Assembly (NCBI GenBank): GCA_030390025.1
Contig: CM059432.1
Coordinates: forward strand, 135,472,001 to 135,536,000
Length of the DNA stretch: 64,000 nt
Direction of reading: 5' to 3'
From: Squalus acanthias
Taxonomy: Eukaryota
Shown one piece after another: positions 1-12,869 of the stretch. The position numbers and the translations under genes are program-made. Under the pieces are notes generated by a model. The model did not search any database and had not been told where the DNA came from. It saw nothing but the letters and a program-made list of their open reading frames with translations. How positions within the stretch are numbered: position 1 is the stretch's first letter; each line of letters begins with the position of its first letter.

Positions 1-3000
1 TTAAAAACAGCATTTTAAGTTATTTTTGTTCAAACATTTAGACAACTGGGAAGATGAATTGGGTTTAAAACATTTCTTCCAGAAATGAAGCCAAGCTATA
101 CAACCCCGAGCTTCAAATGGTATAATTTTTGTTTCAAAAATATTAACGTTAATACACACTGGTAAGTATGAACAACTGATTTTCACCACAAGCCCTAGTA
201 GCCCATAACTGTGGCCCAGATTTAGCTGGGACTAGTGTGAAAAAGAGCACATTCATGACAGATTTATTTATTAAAAGAGTTGCCAGCTCCTTAACAGACA
301 AACTTGCTTTAAATAACCTCTCACATCTTCAGGACATTCTCAAGTGCTTCACTAGGACATCCCAAAGCACTGTGTGATATTAACTAATGTGAACCTTAAT
401 AGCCGTGGAATGCAAAAATTACTAACCAAATATTTCAAAACAAAAGTTAACCTTACAATATCCTCCATCAGTCACACAACTGTGCTACCATGACTAAATA
501 CATCGCAAACATTTGTAATATTAAATTATATTCTTTTGCAGCACAAATAAGGCAGCTTTCAAATCGGTGAGGTACAAAAAATTGTCAATTCACCATCAGG
601 GGTAATCCTTTGAGACTGCAGAACATTTCTGTTGCTTATTACAAAATTATGAGCTAATAAATTTTTTATTGATTCTGTACTTTCCTGTCACCCTACTTTG
701 TAACCCTCATCTTTCAAAATTTGCCAATGAATAAAATACATGCATGTTGAAAGCTGAATAAAAGTATTCTAGTACAGTAAGACAAGGCTTCGGGTTCAAG
801 TAATTTCTATAAAGCCATGAGGGTTTGAGACAACATCTGAATCCTTCAAGTGTAACTCCATTCCAGCCAAAACTATAATTCTATATGCAGTAAACAGACA
901 CCTGTTACATTGGGCAAATTTTACTCAGTCTCTATCCACGTTAAAAATTGTAATCAGCACCAATTTTAATGTGGGGTCATTTTACATTAATTTCTGCAAT
1001 TTGGATCATATTTCTCAATAGTTTATAAAGTAGGTATCTTTTCCTTTACTAATGATATTATCTTACAGCCAAAAATGACTAAATGCTCACATTTCCATTT
1101 CTTAAGTGGCTCCAATTCAATCGCCGTAACTGAATGCAAACCGATTAACTTTTTACTCTCCATTTAGAAACTCAGTATGCTATATGTTCAGATATACACA
1201 GTGACTTCATAATGTCAGCCTCTAATTAACATTGTTTGCTGATGCTTTTAAAAAAAAACCTGAATGCATGCTGGAAGAGGTTTAGTTTATAAGTTACAAA
1301 TTTAATTAAAGCTCCATTTTAGCAGATATGCCAAACAAAATACTTATACAAAATCTTAGATTGCTCAGCTTCCGCAGAAGCTTGGTTAATTATGGCCACA
1401 CTTTCTCCATCTTCTTCCTGTGTCTTGCGGTAGGTATTTTCTGACGAAAACATTAGTTACGGGCTTTTTCTTGATTTTCTTTTTGTTGTGTCCAAAATTA
1501 TTTGTAATTGATAAATAACTTCATGAACTTAAAACCCTTTTAAGAATGCATACTTTAGTAGCTGAAAATAGCTTTATCTATTTTTTTTTTAATTGAAAAA
1601 CCATAACAAGTTAAGCAACTTGATTAAACTGAATCAGGTATGAGGAAAATCAATGAACTATATTAAATCTAATCCTACTACAGATACGTTAGGTCTCCTT
1701 CTATTCCTGTCCACGTACAGGACTCTGCCATTTACTCCATATAGTAATTCTCAAACGGTATGGATATGCAGCACTAACTAACTTCTGATCAAAAGATTTT
1801 CCTAAAATACACAATTAAACACTAACAAAATTCCAGTTATTTATCAACAGCTGCATATATTAGCTGCATTCAGATAGTAATATCAGGTCACACATTAATG
1901 AGCAGGTTAATGGTTTACTTGCACTGTGATTCAAAAGGGAACTCACATCTTCCTTCTGCGCTATTTGTGCAGAACAAATCCATAAAAGAAAAACTATGGA
2001 ACACAGCGTATTAAAATACTTTTAATACAGTAGCAATAATCTTAACCAGCTAACATATGCAACACTTTAACATTAGAAATGATTACTAGCATTCACAATG
2101 GGTGAGCTTTCAAGATGGCTACATCGTGTTCTTTAAAACATAATGGCAAAGCAGCAAAGGTTTAAAAACATGCACAATGGGTAACTATTACTAGATATTT
2201 GTCCTTAATCAGTATTCACTTTGCAGTTTTATTTCTTATTTAAAATTTTATAATGACATAATGGCAGCTCCTTTCTGCAAAATATTGATCTGTCGCATTA
2301 TCAACACTATTGCTCCTTTAATATAGTACTACCAAAACTGCAGCTGCACAAGTCTTTGCTTGAAAATAAGACTGACAGAAATGCACCGAGACATTTTAAT
2401 TCTTAAGAACACAATGGGATTTCATTTTCTTTGATTGATGTTACTGACAAATCTGACCTGGGAGCTCAAGATGGCATCATATGGATCTCGTCACCTCGAT
2501 AACTTTCAAAGGCCATCCATAATTCAAGGCAACACAGAAAATAACTGAAGATTTGTTTTTAAATACATCACAATGCTACAGTTTTTGTAATGTCAATGAA
2601 AGATTCAAGCAATTAATTCAGGTGCTGTTCTTCCCATTGTACGGTCATACATTAGGAATTGCTAACTTTAGAACTGTTACTGTACAAATATACAAGAGAG
2701 CAGATGATATAAGCTATAAAATAGTAGGACTGTATAGTTTGAAGTCCACATTTGATAATTACTCTTTAAAAAGATAGCATTAACTTAATTGTTAATACCA
2801 ACTTCATACTACAATATAAAACAATGGGATGGTTTTTCAGCAACATTATCTGATGGACTGGAATCAACCAGATAGTCTCCACCCCAAATTATGGTGCTGC
2901 TTTAGGTTTAAAATGAGGAACTGGGACATGGGGGGGGCGGGCGGGCAGCTACTAGCACCCTTTTTAATAGAGCGGTATTTCCATTACAGGAACAATGCAA

Positions 3001-4510
3001 TCCAATTTTAATACTAGGACAAAACGATCGACAGACTTCAATACGAAATTTTCCAAAATCAAATAGTCAAAACCTGAACAAAAATAAAAGCATCTTTCCT
3101 TACGAGCTTGATTAATTAGCATGCAAGCGCCTCTACCCCAAAATTGTGGGAGGACATCCCATTGGTAACAACCAGCTGACAAGATAACTGTACAAGTTTA
3201 GGTGCAGTACAAAACGCAATAAAGAATTTTTTTTTAAATTATGCTGCCATGTGAAAAGCATTGCAATATACACAGTAGATTTTTCAGGTAGTGTTAAAAT
3301 TTACTGCTATAAAGATAGCTGCACAATATATGAATTTAGCATTCCAGATTACAAATGTAAATTTGATTTCCAAAATCTGTGTGGCACAACTTCATGCACA
3401 AAATAGGCTTCAACAGAATATTCATGTAAAAAATAAATATGCCATCCTCATTACAACCAAACAAGTCAGCATGCCTTATTAATCAATTGGTCTGTCACTA
3501 AAGGACTTCCTCTGTAATAATTTAGTGTGCACCAAGGTTAGTGGTGCACATTAATATGGCACACATACAAATGTTTGTAACTTGTACTTATGAATGCTGA
3601 TGGGATGACAGGAATAGAGAAAAGGTACAACATCACTAAAATGCCAATGATGCCCAACATATTTAATGGGTGCTACACCAACAAGTGTAACATTAAATTT
3701 GCATCAAGTAAACAATTAAAAACATGTATACAAGAGTCAAACCGGGATTTGAAAGTGACACGCTTAACAAAAGATTTACAAAAATGGGACACCAAAATCA
3801 TACCTTTTTAGCAGAAAATGATTCAGTATTAAATGGCGAGATGTGGAAGCTGTACAAGTCTGTACTCATGGTTAGCATAACCCCATAAAAGAGGTTAAAG
3901 CAGTGGCATCTATAATTATATCAGGCATTATGTTGAACGATATCACTGTCAGAAGAGATCAACTCATTTCTTTTGAGCGTAGCTCTACAATGATTTAGTA
4001 GGTATTTCAAATCGGGAATAATCTTGGTTCCCGATCTGAGCTGTGTCCAGTGGGGATGCACTGATCAGAAACCATACACCTACCAGCATGAACAGGGAAA
4101 ATCATAAAAAGATTACAGTGGGGCGGCCCCTGGCACCTTCCGATGGCTGTTTATAAGAAGCATTGGTACGTCAGAAAAGGCGAGTGAAAAGGGGGGATAC
4201 TTACTCAAAAGAGGCGGAAAGAGAGAAAGAAACAGACCCAAAACTACTCACAAAAAAGTTTTAAAATAAAACTATGGGATGTTAAAAGTGAAGCCAAACA
4301 TTTAAGATGAGTGGCACTAACATATGGACTTTAGGAATAAAAGGCAGTTGCAGTATTGGTTTAGGATTTCAACTACAAATGGAAGTTTTATGTTGCTCAA
4401 TACAATTTACTTATTTATAAATCTCCTTTCCTGTGAATTGACTAAAATGCAGCAATACCAAAGAGCTGCTATGTCATTAAGGTAGAATTTCTGAAATGAC
4501 AAGCTTTAAT

Positions 4511-5199
4511 GGCCTGGATTTTGCGGTCAGTGGCGAAAGAATGGCGCTCGCCGTTCACTATACGGACAGCTGCCCACAGAGTTTTTGCAAGCTTTTGAGC
4601 GGAGACTTGATGTCATCGGGTATCTGATTCAGTGAGACGCCCTCTACTGCTGCTGTGTAGCGTCTGTGAGCAGAGAAAGCAACAGCGAGGCTCTTCAACC
4701 AATCAGATTGAAGAATCCTCAGAGACATGGAGTCTAAACCAATGGAGTATAAATCAGATTTAAATCATGTACAGAAAGTGAAATAAAGATTAGGAAAGAA
4801 AGATGGAGTTGAGAAAGAAAAAAAAAGACAGAAAAAGTAAAAACTCCACACATGTAAAATTAAATTTTCAGGGTCAGAGAGGTTGTTTGGTAGTAATTAT
4901 GACTTATCATGCCATTAAAAATTCACTTACGCCTGAATGCACCAGCCCTAACTTTTTCTGCCATGTTTAGTGGGTAACTACAGCAACTTCACGCCCTTGC
5001 ATTGATTTCAATGCCGAGTCTACGGGCGAGGTAGTGTTATAACGCAGCCTGTGGAGGAGCAGGGTAACCCAGACTGCAACTTCCGGATTTCCGTGTTTAA
5101 CTGCGCATGTGCAGACTCCGGAAGTTGCTGTCCGATTTACTCCATAATAGCAGTGAACGCTGTTAGCCTCACCGTTATTCTCAACACAAAAGCCGGGTC
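4511..5199. mobile_element. PIF/Harbinger-type MITE, family B
   Basis: Imperfect TIR GGCCTGGATTTTGC / CACAAAAGCCGGGTC, TSD AAT. Colinear with 16719-17421. Confidence 0.82.
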
Positions 5200-6668
5200 A
5201 ATGTGTCTAACTTAGAATAGAAAAGGATAACTATGTAAAAATAGAGTTCAACGAAAACCAAATTATACCCGAGAAGGGGCGTAGAATTTAACAGCTCATG
5301 AGAAATCTGAAAGTAATACATGTCCAGAGTAAAGTTCTATCAAAAAGGGAGTTGCTTTTATTTTAAAGAAAAAACAAATCTCCATCGTTATCATTATGCA
5401 ACAACAAGAGGACAAATTCTTGTGTGCAATTCAGATGGGTCACCATGAAACTACTGGAAGATTTAATTCGGTATCTTTGATTTAACACTGCAGCTGTACA
5501 TTTTTTGCTTCTCCTGCTCAATCTATCTGCATAGTTAATGCAGTTTATACTTTTGCACTGCAGAAACACTACTGAAATGTGGGAAACTAGTTTCAAAACT
5601 AGGTAGGTGGGCACATCGTGGCTACAATGGCTTGTACACTTAAAACTAATAAGCAGAATCTCAACACCACATAATTCAGATGCCTCAAGCATGGAATAAA
5701 GTATGTATCCTGCTGGTTATTTATGATATTAATTTATATTTCATCCAAGCAAATATAATCAGAACGTTAACAGAAACTGGTACTTGCACATTTACACAGT
5801 TCTTTGCACTGTATAAACGGTAATTAAATGTTTAAAATAAAAGCAATTACTTGACTTCTTGGTTAGCAAATACGACAAGAATTTACCCTTTTGGATTTGT
5901 TTGCATCATTATGCAGTTTTGGATAACATAATGAAGGACAAATTGCTCCTTATCAGTACAGATTGTAAAGCACATATTAACTGGAATTTCAAACAGCTGG
6001 ACGATAAAATGCTTTTAATGCATGATTTTAATCAGTTAACCATATGTGTTTTGCAAAAGATAGGCTTTACATTGTGAATACCATTTCTTTGTTTGTATTC
6101 AGGCTACAGATCCAGAATACTAACTTGACACATCAGCTGGTCTGCTTACTTCAAATAACACATCTTTGATCACCAACTGTCCCTGCCAGATCCTCCATTG
6201 CCTGGATTCCAATAAAACATTTGATCCAAATGCCATCTCTTCCATCATCCTCAGGATCTTATGTTGTCTCCTCAATCTCCAAGTAGAACTCCACCTTTCC
6301 TTTTTCTAGGAAACTTTTTTTCACATTCGATACAAGAAAGATGCTTCTTCTACTGTCCGGAGATCATAGAATCATACAGCACAGAAGGAGGCCATTCGGA
6401 GCATTGTGCCTGCTCTTCGAAAGAGCTAATCTAATTAGTCCCATTCCCCTGCCCTTTCCTCATAGCCCTGCAAATTATTCCACTTTAAGTATTTATCCAA
6501 TTCCCTTTTGAAAGTTATTCTTGAATCTGCTTTCACCACCCTTTCAGGCACTATTGTGTAAAGTTATAAAAGCTCCTGTTAACTCAAACTATCTATCAGC
6601 TTGGAAGTTCTGGGTTAATTCATGATCATGAGTATGGTTTTTGGTATTGCTGTTCCATTGGTAATCTT

Positions 6669-6865
6669 CACAGAAAATGCTGGAAATACTCAGCAGGTAT
6701 TAACAAAGTTAACGTTTCAGGTTGGTGACCTATCGTTCTGACAAAAGGTCATCAACATGAAACGTTAACTCGGTTTCTCTCTCCACAGGTGCTGCCTGAC
6801 CTGCTGAGCATTTCCAGCATTTTCTGTTTTTATTTCAGATTTCCAGATCCGCAGCATTTTGCTTT
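6669..6865 (+). mobile_element. Short fold-back Penelope-pLTR-like element with a decayed hammerhead motif
   Basis: Same family as 24552-24773. 18-bp TSD TGTTCCATTGGTAATCTT (6651-6668, 6866-6883). Core reads CTGACAA..TGAAACGTTAAC. Confidence 0.85.
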
Positions 6866-7477
6866 TGTTCCATTGGTAATCTTGTTGCCTATATACAAAC
6901 TAACTTTCTCAGTGAGCCACTGGTAATTAAGGGTGCAGTTATATTGCTTTGTCTGAATGTATAGTGGTGTCTGCAAAAGTGGCAGCATAGCTCATCAGGC
7001 CCCTATCTGACTCTGGCGTCTGAATCCTTCAACAGTGCCGCATTCCCTCATTACTGGACTGAAATGTCAGCCTAGATTCTGGTAAAATCCACTGTATATA
7101 CTTTAACGCCAAGAGGGACTCCATTGCTTCCCTTTCCACTAATCCACTCTGGACAGAATGCAATGAAATTGCACGTGGCATGCGCTCCATAACTGTGCTC
7201 TAAATCGTTCTGTAAATTTTTGTCTCACAAAGCAGTTCAGTTTGTTTCAAGAAAATTCAGTATTAAGTTGTACAGCACAGTTACAGACCATAACCCAGCC
7301 AGTGTGCAATCCACTCATTTTTTTCCTTTATTTAGAACATGGGAATAGAACTGCAGGATCCCCTTGTTTTTTGTATGGCACTCAGAGGCATAATTAGTTT
7401 TAAAAAAAATGTTAAAGGCAGTGCTACATAAGTATGTTGAGCAGATGGGAAACAAGTAATGCAAGTACTGTACTTAC

Positions 7478-7572
7478 GCCCAAAGCTGGCAATCTCTGTG
7501 TACAGCAAACAGCTACCCTCAGCTTCCAGTCTGTTTCACCATCCAGTTGATCCGTACGGATGAAACACGAGC
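7478..7572 (-). CDS. ATP9B: ATP9B coding exon (95 bp, probably exon 8): (G)[31 protein letters not shown]
   Basis: Translated by hand. Acceptor ttgcttttcaag, donor GGC|gtaagt, phase 1-0. Contains the P4-ATPase DGET actuator signature. Confidence 0.95.
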
Positions 7573-7845
7573 CTTGAAAAGCAAACATTAGTTTAGATAT
7601 TTCTGATCCTCTGTAACAGTGAGAGAAATGTGTTTTATCACATCCATTTCTCAGACTAGGGTAATATTACTTCCAGTTAAGCAACACCTCGATTTTAAAA
7701 TTCTCATCCTTGTTTTCAAATCCCTCCATGGCCCTTCCCTATCTCTAATCTCCTCCACCACCGCAACCCCCCACCCCCCCCACCACACCAAGATATCTGC
7801 ACTCCTCCAATTCTGGCCTCTAGCACCCCTGATTATAATTGCTCC

Positions 7846-9069
7846 GCTGAAAAACGCCCTCGTAAGAACGGGATATGACGCTCGACTCATCGATCGACAG
7901 TTCCGACGGGCCACAGCGAAAAATCGCATAGACCTCCTCAGAAGGCAAACACGGGACACAACCAACAGGGTACCCTACGTCGTCCAGTACTTCCCCGGAG
8001 CGGAGAAACTACGCCATGTTCTTCGCAGCCTTCAACATGTCATCGATGACGACAAACACCTCGCTAAGGCCATCCCCACGCCTCCACTACTTGCCTTCAA
8101 ACAGCCGCCTAACCTCAGAAGTACCATCGTTCGCAGCAAATTACCCAGCTTTCAGGATAACAGCGACCACGACACCACACAACCCTGCCATGGCAAACTC
8201 TGCAAGACATGCCAGATCATCAACACAGATACCACCATCACACGTGAGGACACTACCCACCAGGTACATGGTACATACTCATGTGACTCGGCCAACGTTG
8301 TCTACCTCATACGTTGCAGGAAAGAATGCACCGCGGCATGGTACATCGGCGAGACCATGCAGACACTGAGACAACGTATGAACGAGCACCGCGCAACAAT
8401 CGCCAGGCAGGATTGTTACCTCCCAGTCGGGGAACACTTCAGCAGTCAAGGACATTCAGCCTCGGATCTGCGGGTAAGCGTTCTCCAAGGCAACCTTAGA
8501 AACACACGACAACGCAAAATCATCGAGCAGAAACTGATAGCCAAGTTCCGCACTCATGAAGACGGTCTCAATCGGGATCTTGGGTTTATGTCACGATACA
8601 TGACGTGATCCGGACTCGAGTCGTCGTTAGCTTGTTCAAAGATGTGATTCCCAGTAAAAAAAGTAAAAATTTTCCCAGTAAAAAAGTAAAAAAATGTTAA
8701 AGCTTTTCGTTTTACATACAGACGGCAGCTTTTGACACGTTAGAACCCCTGCGACTACACCTCATTGTCTCAGTTGTATCTTGCTATGTCTTTGATGTGG
8801 TACCTTCCTGGCTGACTTAATTAACTTTATCACACCTCGGCAGATAGTCAGGATGATTTTAATTTATTGGTCTGCAATTGTAAAGTACACATTCTTTGTT
8901 TTCCATCTATATATGCTTTGGAGATTCTGTATCTAATTTACTTCACCTGAGGAAGGAGCAAATCGATAGCTCCGAAAGCTTGTGATTTCAAATAAAACTG
9001 TTGGACTATAACCTGGTGTTGTGCGACCTCTCAATTTTGTCCACCCCAGTCCAACACCGGCATCTCCGC
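7846..9069 (+). mobile_element. 5'-truncated Penelope-like retroelement (Neptune-like) with GIY-YIG endonuclease and pLTR
   Basis: Open frame to the stop at 8608 with CHGKLCKTC linker and NVVYLIRC..YIGET..LRQRMNEH GIY-YIG motif. Flanked by a 14-bp TSD ATTATAATTGCTCC (7832-7845, 9070-9083). Splits an L2 fragment. CpG-rich. Confidence 0.92.
8943..8985 (+). ncRNA. Minimal type-I hammerhead ribozyme motif in the Penelope pLTR
   Basis: TCAC / CTGAGGA / A / GGAGC-9 nt loop-GCTCC / GAAA / GC / TT / GTGA. Conserved core boxes, helix I TCAC:GTGA, palindromic AAGCTT helix III. Confidence 0.8.
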
Positions 9070-9789
9070 ATTATAATTGCTCCACCATTGGTGGCTGTGC
9101 CTTCAGGTGCCAAGGGCCTAAGCTCTGGAATTCCCTCCCTAAACCCCTCTACCTCCTTTTAGGCCCTGCTTAAAACCTCTGACCAAGCTTTTGGTCATCT
9201 GCCCTAATATCTCATTTGGCTCGGTGTCAAATTTGGTTTGATTACGCTCTGTGAAGCACCTTGGGCCATTTTACTATGTTAAAGGTGCTATAGAAATGCA
9301 AGTAGTTATTAGATAAAACAAAATTAGACTCCATTTTGTCCTTGCGTTAACAACCCATTGTTTTAAAAGCACCATTGCTCTTTGTTGTCTGCAACTTTAA
9401 TGGATTTATTTTAATCATCTTATTTCTTGCAGTAATTTTAAATTCTACCAATCTTTCACTAAAACAGTATTCCTACTATTAACCAAGGGCACTGTGATGA
9501 TACCCATTAGTGATGTTGGCTATATTAGCATTACCAGTTCTTTAAGTAGAAGCTCCCTGATCTCAGTTTGCTCATGTCCATTTCCAAAATGCATTTGGCA
9601 AAACTACGATGTGACTGGATATGTGCTATGTCCTTTTGTAAAATGAAACCAGCTTAGAATTGGTTTTTCCTGAACTGCCAACGTATATTCAAAAACACAA
9701 TTTCATTACTACCCAAAACTATTTTCCAGATCACTAGGGGCCCAGCATTCCTCTTGGGCAATTGTGGAGAAAATGTTTGAACATCAGAG

Positions 9790-10060
9790 AAAAGGCTGAT
9801 GAAGCCTTGCGTGCTTTTAAGCACAATAATGGAGAACAGAACACATTTTTGGTGGTGGGGAGAAGGCATGGGAATATATAACAGACAGAGGTCAACACCA
9901 TCTCTCCACCACTCAGAAGACTTACAGGAGGTATGGAAAAGGTATGCCTAAAGGCACAACTAATGCATAATAGGAGGGCACAGCACACAACAGGCAGTGG
10001 ACCCCACAATAAGAAACTGAATTCTTGAGGTAGTTATGGCTCATTTATTCGAGAGAAAAA
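9790..10060 (+). pseudogene. Decayed Myb/SANT-like (trihelix) ORF, probably the second Harbinger gene
   Basis: Frameshifted peptide pieces KAWEYI / EVNTIS / QEVWKRY / AQLMHNRRAQHTTGSGP resemble the W..I..VN..QV.K.W..HN.RE...TGGG pattern. Confidence 0.45.
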
Positions 10061-12107
10061 AGTGTTAGAAGTGTGGAGTTTGAAGGACAGATTAGGGCTA
10101 GGATGCGTAGTTTATTAAATATACATTCTATCATTTATACAATACACGTGGCCATAAATACTGATTGTGCAAAAGCACAAAATATGAATGATGGATGGAG
10201 TGAGAATACAGTAGCCAAGTGGATAAGCTTGCTTTATGTCTTCAAACCATACCATCTACGCTCAACAGGTATGGGGAACCTAGTGGGCCACATCTAAAGA
10301 GCAGTACACACTCAAGTATCAATCACCACCAACACCATTTGAAGCAGAGATCAACACAGAAAAACAAACTACCAGAGACACAGTGATACTGATGAGGAAA
10401 TAGACAGCAAGGCACAAGACACCAATGAGGAAGGCGAACCAATCCTCTTGGTCGACAAGGGACCAGGTGGTGAAGCATGCGGATTCTCCCTTTTTATTGG
10501 GAATACAACCCTCAATGCCTTGCTTTGAAATGGAGGCTGGGAAGTTGCAAACCCATATTGAGCAGTCACTTATCTCCTTGAACATGACACTGCAAGATGG
10601 GTGGGTAGTGCAGTGGAGTCGAACAGCCATCTCCCATAGGTGATGCAAGGGAGCACCACTTCTCTAAACTGCAGTTTTGCCACTGGGTATGTGGCAGCAA
10701 CCAGAGGTCTCTTCAGTATGGTTAGTTTCAACTCACTTGGACAACAGTTACAGGCGTGAAGGAAAAATTCCAAAACATCACACAAATCAGTGGGTATCGT
10801 GAGGTGATGTTCTGTACCAGTGTCATGCATGAAGTAACACAGGAACAAGCAAACTGACACTCATGTCTGCAGCATTTTTTGTGCCATTGTGCAACCGTGC
10901 ACAAACGACAGTAGGCACTGCCCCTAAAACAAAGACCAGCAGTGACTTTGGCAGCAACATGAAGTTCATAACACACAAGTGGCAAATGTGACAAAAGAAC
11001 ACATACGCTAGCAGCATTGCACAACTGAACAAAATTAATTGATGTTTAATATATCTGGAAGTTCCCCATTCTTTTATTTTGCAGAAAATAACATGCAGCA
11101 GTTGTGGCAAAAAGCCAGCATGCAGCAAAAACCGAACTGGGATGGCAAATAACAGTTCTGTGATTGTAAACTTGCTCAAAAGAAAGTGAAAGTGCCCAAT
11201 CACAGACAGCTCAATGGGAGAACTGGGCAATGTGATATTTCCCTGCCTGCAGTGGCTGGTCTGCCAGCTTTTCTGACTGATATGTATGTTGCTCCACCAT
11301 GATATACCCACCAGAGACCATGCTTTGTGGCAGGATTCTCCTTTGTGCTATTCGCTTCTCGCATTACTGTGGCGATACTCCAAAATTTTCCCCTTCATTA
11401 GGCCTAACATGGTTAAAATACTCACTTTTCAATGCAACCCTGCAGCTGCAGAATGGCTGCACGAGTTCATCCTTAATGACCTTTAACAAGGCCTTAACTA
11501 GCAAAATTATTATTTTTTTGTAAAGGAATGATTAGTACCATAGAACACAGATGAATCAACTGTTGGCACTTTCTCCAGACATTCCACCATTCTATTCATG
11601 TCTACTTTTCTACTAATAGCAAACACAGGAATGTCAGGCCCTAGGTTATCTTGACAGCTGTGATATTGGTACTTTAGATGCCTCAATCTGATTCCCAAAC
11701 TGTAGGAACCATCATTTCATATTTTGCACATATTCTACAGGTTGTCAGAATACAGAGAGCTGCTTACAGAACTAAGGTGCTCTTGAGAAAATGCTTAAAT
11801 TTCCCAACTTCCAATCTCAGGCTGGGGAGTGGGTTTAATTATATAGCGCGCATACATTTCTGATACAAAAAGATTAAATTTTAATGCAATTCACCTATGA
11901 GCATGTGCATGCGAGGCATGCTTTTCATTATATAGTATGACTGAATAGGTTTCATCCCACCAAGGTGAATTAGCTTCTTCGACAGAATTTGTCTGCACAT
12001 CACTGTGTACAGGATTCCTCAGACATTATTGATGTTTTCTTCAGACTAGTCAGAATTACAAAAGGGTCATTATTTTCACAAAATGACAAAACAAAAACTA
12101 CAGATCA

Positions 12108-12322
12108 GAATAAATAAAGAATATGCTGGAATTACGCAGCAGATTGGAAGGAGAAACGGCAGGTTATGACATTTCAAGTGTGTACCCTTTAACAGACGCA
12201 GGGCATGCACCTGAAATATCCCAACCCGTCTTTTGTCTTTACAGATGCAGACTAACCTGCTATGTATTTGCAGAATTTTCTCTTTTTATTAAAGATATCT
12301 AGCATTTGCAGCTTTTCCTTTT
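12108..12322. mobile_element. Old, degenerate fold-back pLTR-like element
   Basis: Diverged similarity to the 24552 family (ATGCTGGAA..CCTGAAA..ACAGATGC..CCTGCT..TTTTTATT). No clear TSD. Confidence 0.5.
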
Positions 12323-12869
12323 CATTTGACCATAGGCCAGGACTTTGGGGTGGCGAGAGAGATTAAAGTTCCATGCACACATTTTATGGATTTTTTTTTG
12401 ATGGTACATATTGGGGAAGTTGAGTGGGTTAAGCAAAAAGTGCACTTCTCATTTTGAAAGAAGGATGACTGCTATGGATACAGCTGATTTGAAATATTTC
12501 TATGCCTTTACTCGTTCAATTTGACCATAACCACAAATCTCACAACAGCAGACACAGTGGTGAACTAACCGGGTCGATTCTCATACTGGTAAAGGAAATG
12601 GCACGAGGCTGTAGGAAGCAGAACACACAACTGTCATTTCCTACAGCTTACATAAATCCAAAACTGTAAATGATGGAAGAAAAGATGGCATTTAACTGTT
12701 TTAAATGGTTGTTTCTTAAAAATTAAAAAAATTCTGGTAATAAATATAAAATTGTATTTTTTTTTTAAACTCGCATTTGCTCCACAATCATTATCTGTAG
12801 AATGACGAGATTAGATCAGACTACAAACAACTCACTCTATTGCATCTTTCACCTCCTCTGGAAAGTATT

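Larger units (their letters stand above)
7670..9305 (+). mobile_element. L2-like 3' fragment split by the Penelope insertion (7670-7845 and 9084-9305)
   Basis: Joined halves are colinear with 14290-14690. Other L2 pieces lie near 20930-21330 (+), 21355-21640 (-), 25432-25580 (-), 45870-46095 (+) and 60500-60680 (+). Confidence 0.85.

Noticed and set aside
1..7477. Next ATP9B exon (expected DLFSI..DIHSFEGTF-like peptide)
   Set aside because: Not found by eye on the minus strand. It probably lies beyond the window start.
7619..8608. 329-aa ORF as a novel host gene or L2-Penelope fusion protein
   Set aside because: It starts at a GTG in intron sequence and reads by chance through a frameshifted L2 piece into the truncated Penelope ORF. 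There is no RT domain and no promoter evidence.
8650..8696. Short tandem duplication CCCAGTAAAAAA(A)GTAAAAA
   Set aside because: Two-copy slippage in the Penelope 3' UTR. Not an array and not CRISPR-like.
9793..9830. CTGATGA as another hammerhead core (also 30686 and 42016)
   Set aside because: No helix II plus GAAA plus closing helix I arrangement.
10680..11525. Cluster of overlapping ORFs up to 162 aa
   Set aside because: No recognisable domain, non-ATG starts and no supporting splice structure. It may be non-coding regulatory DNA, but that cannot be supported from sequence alone.
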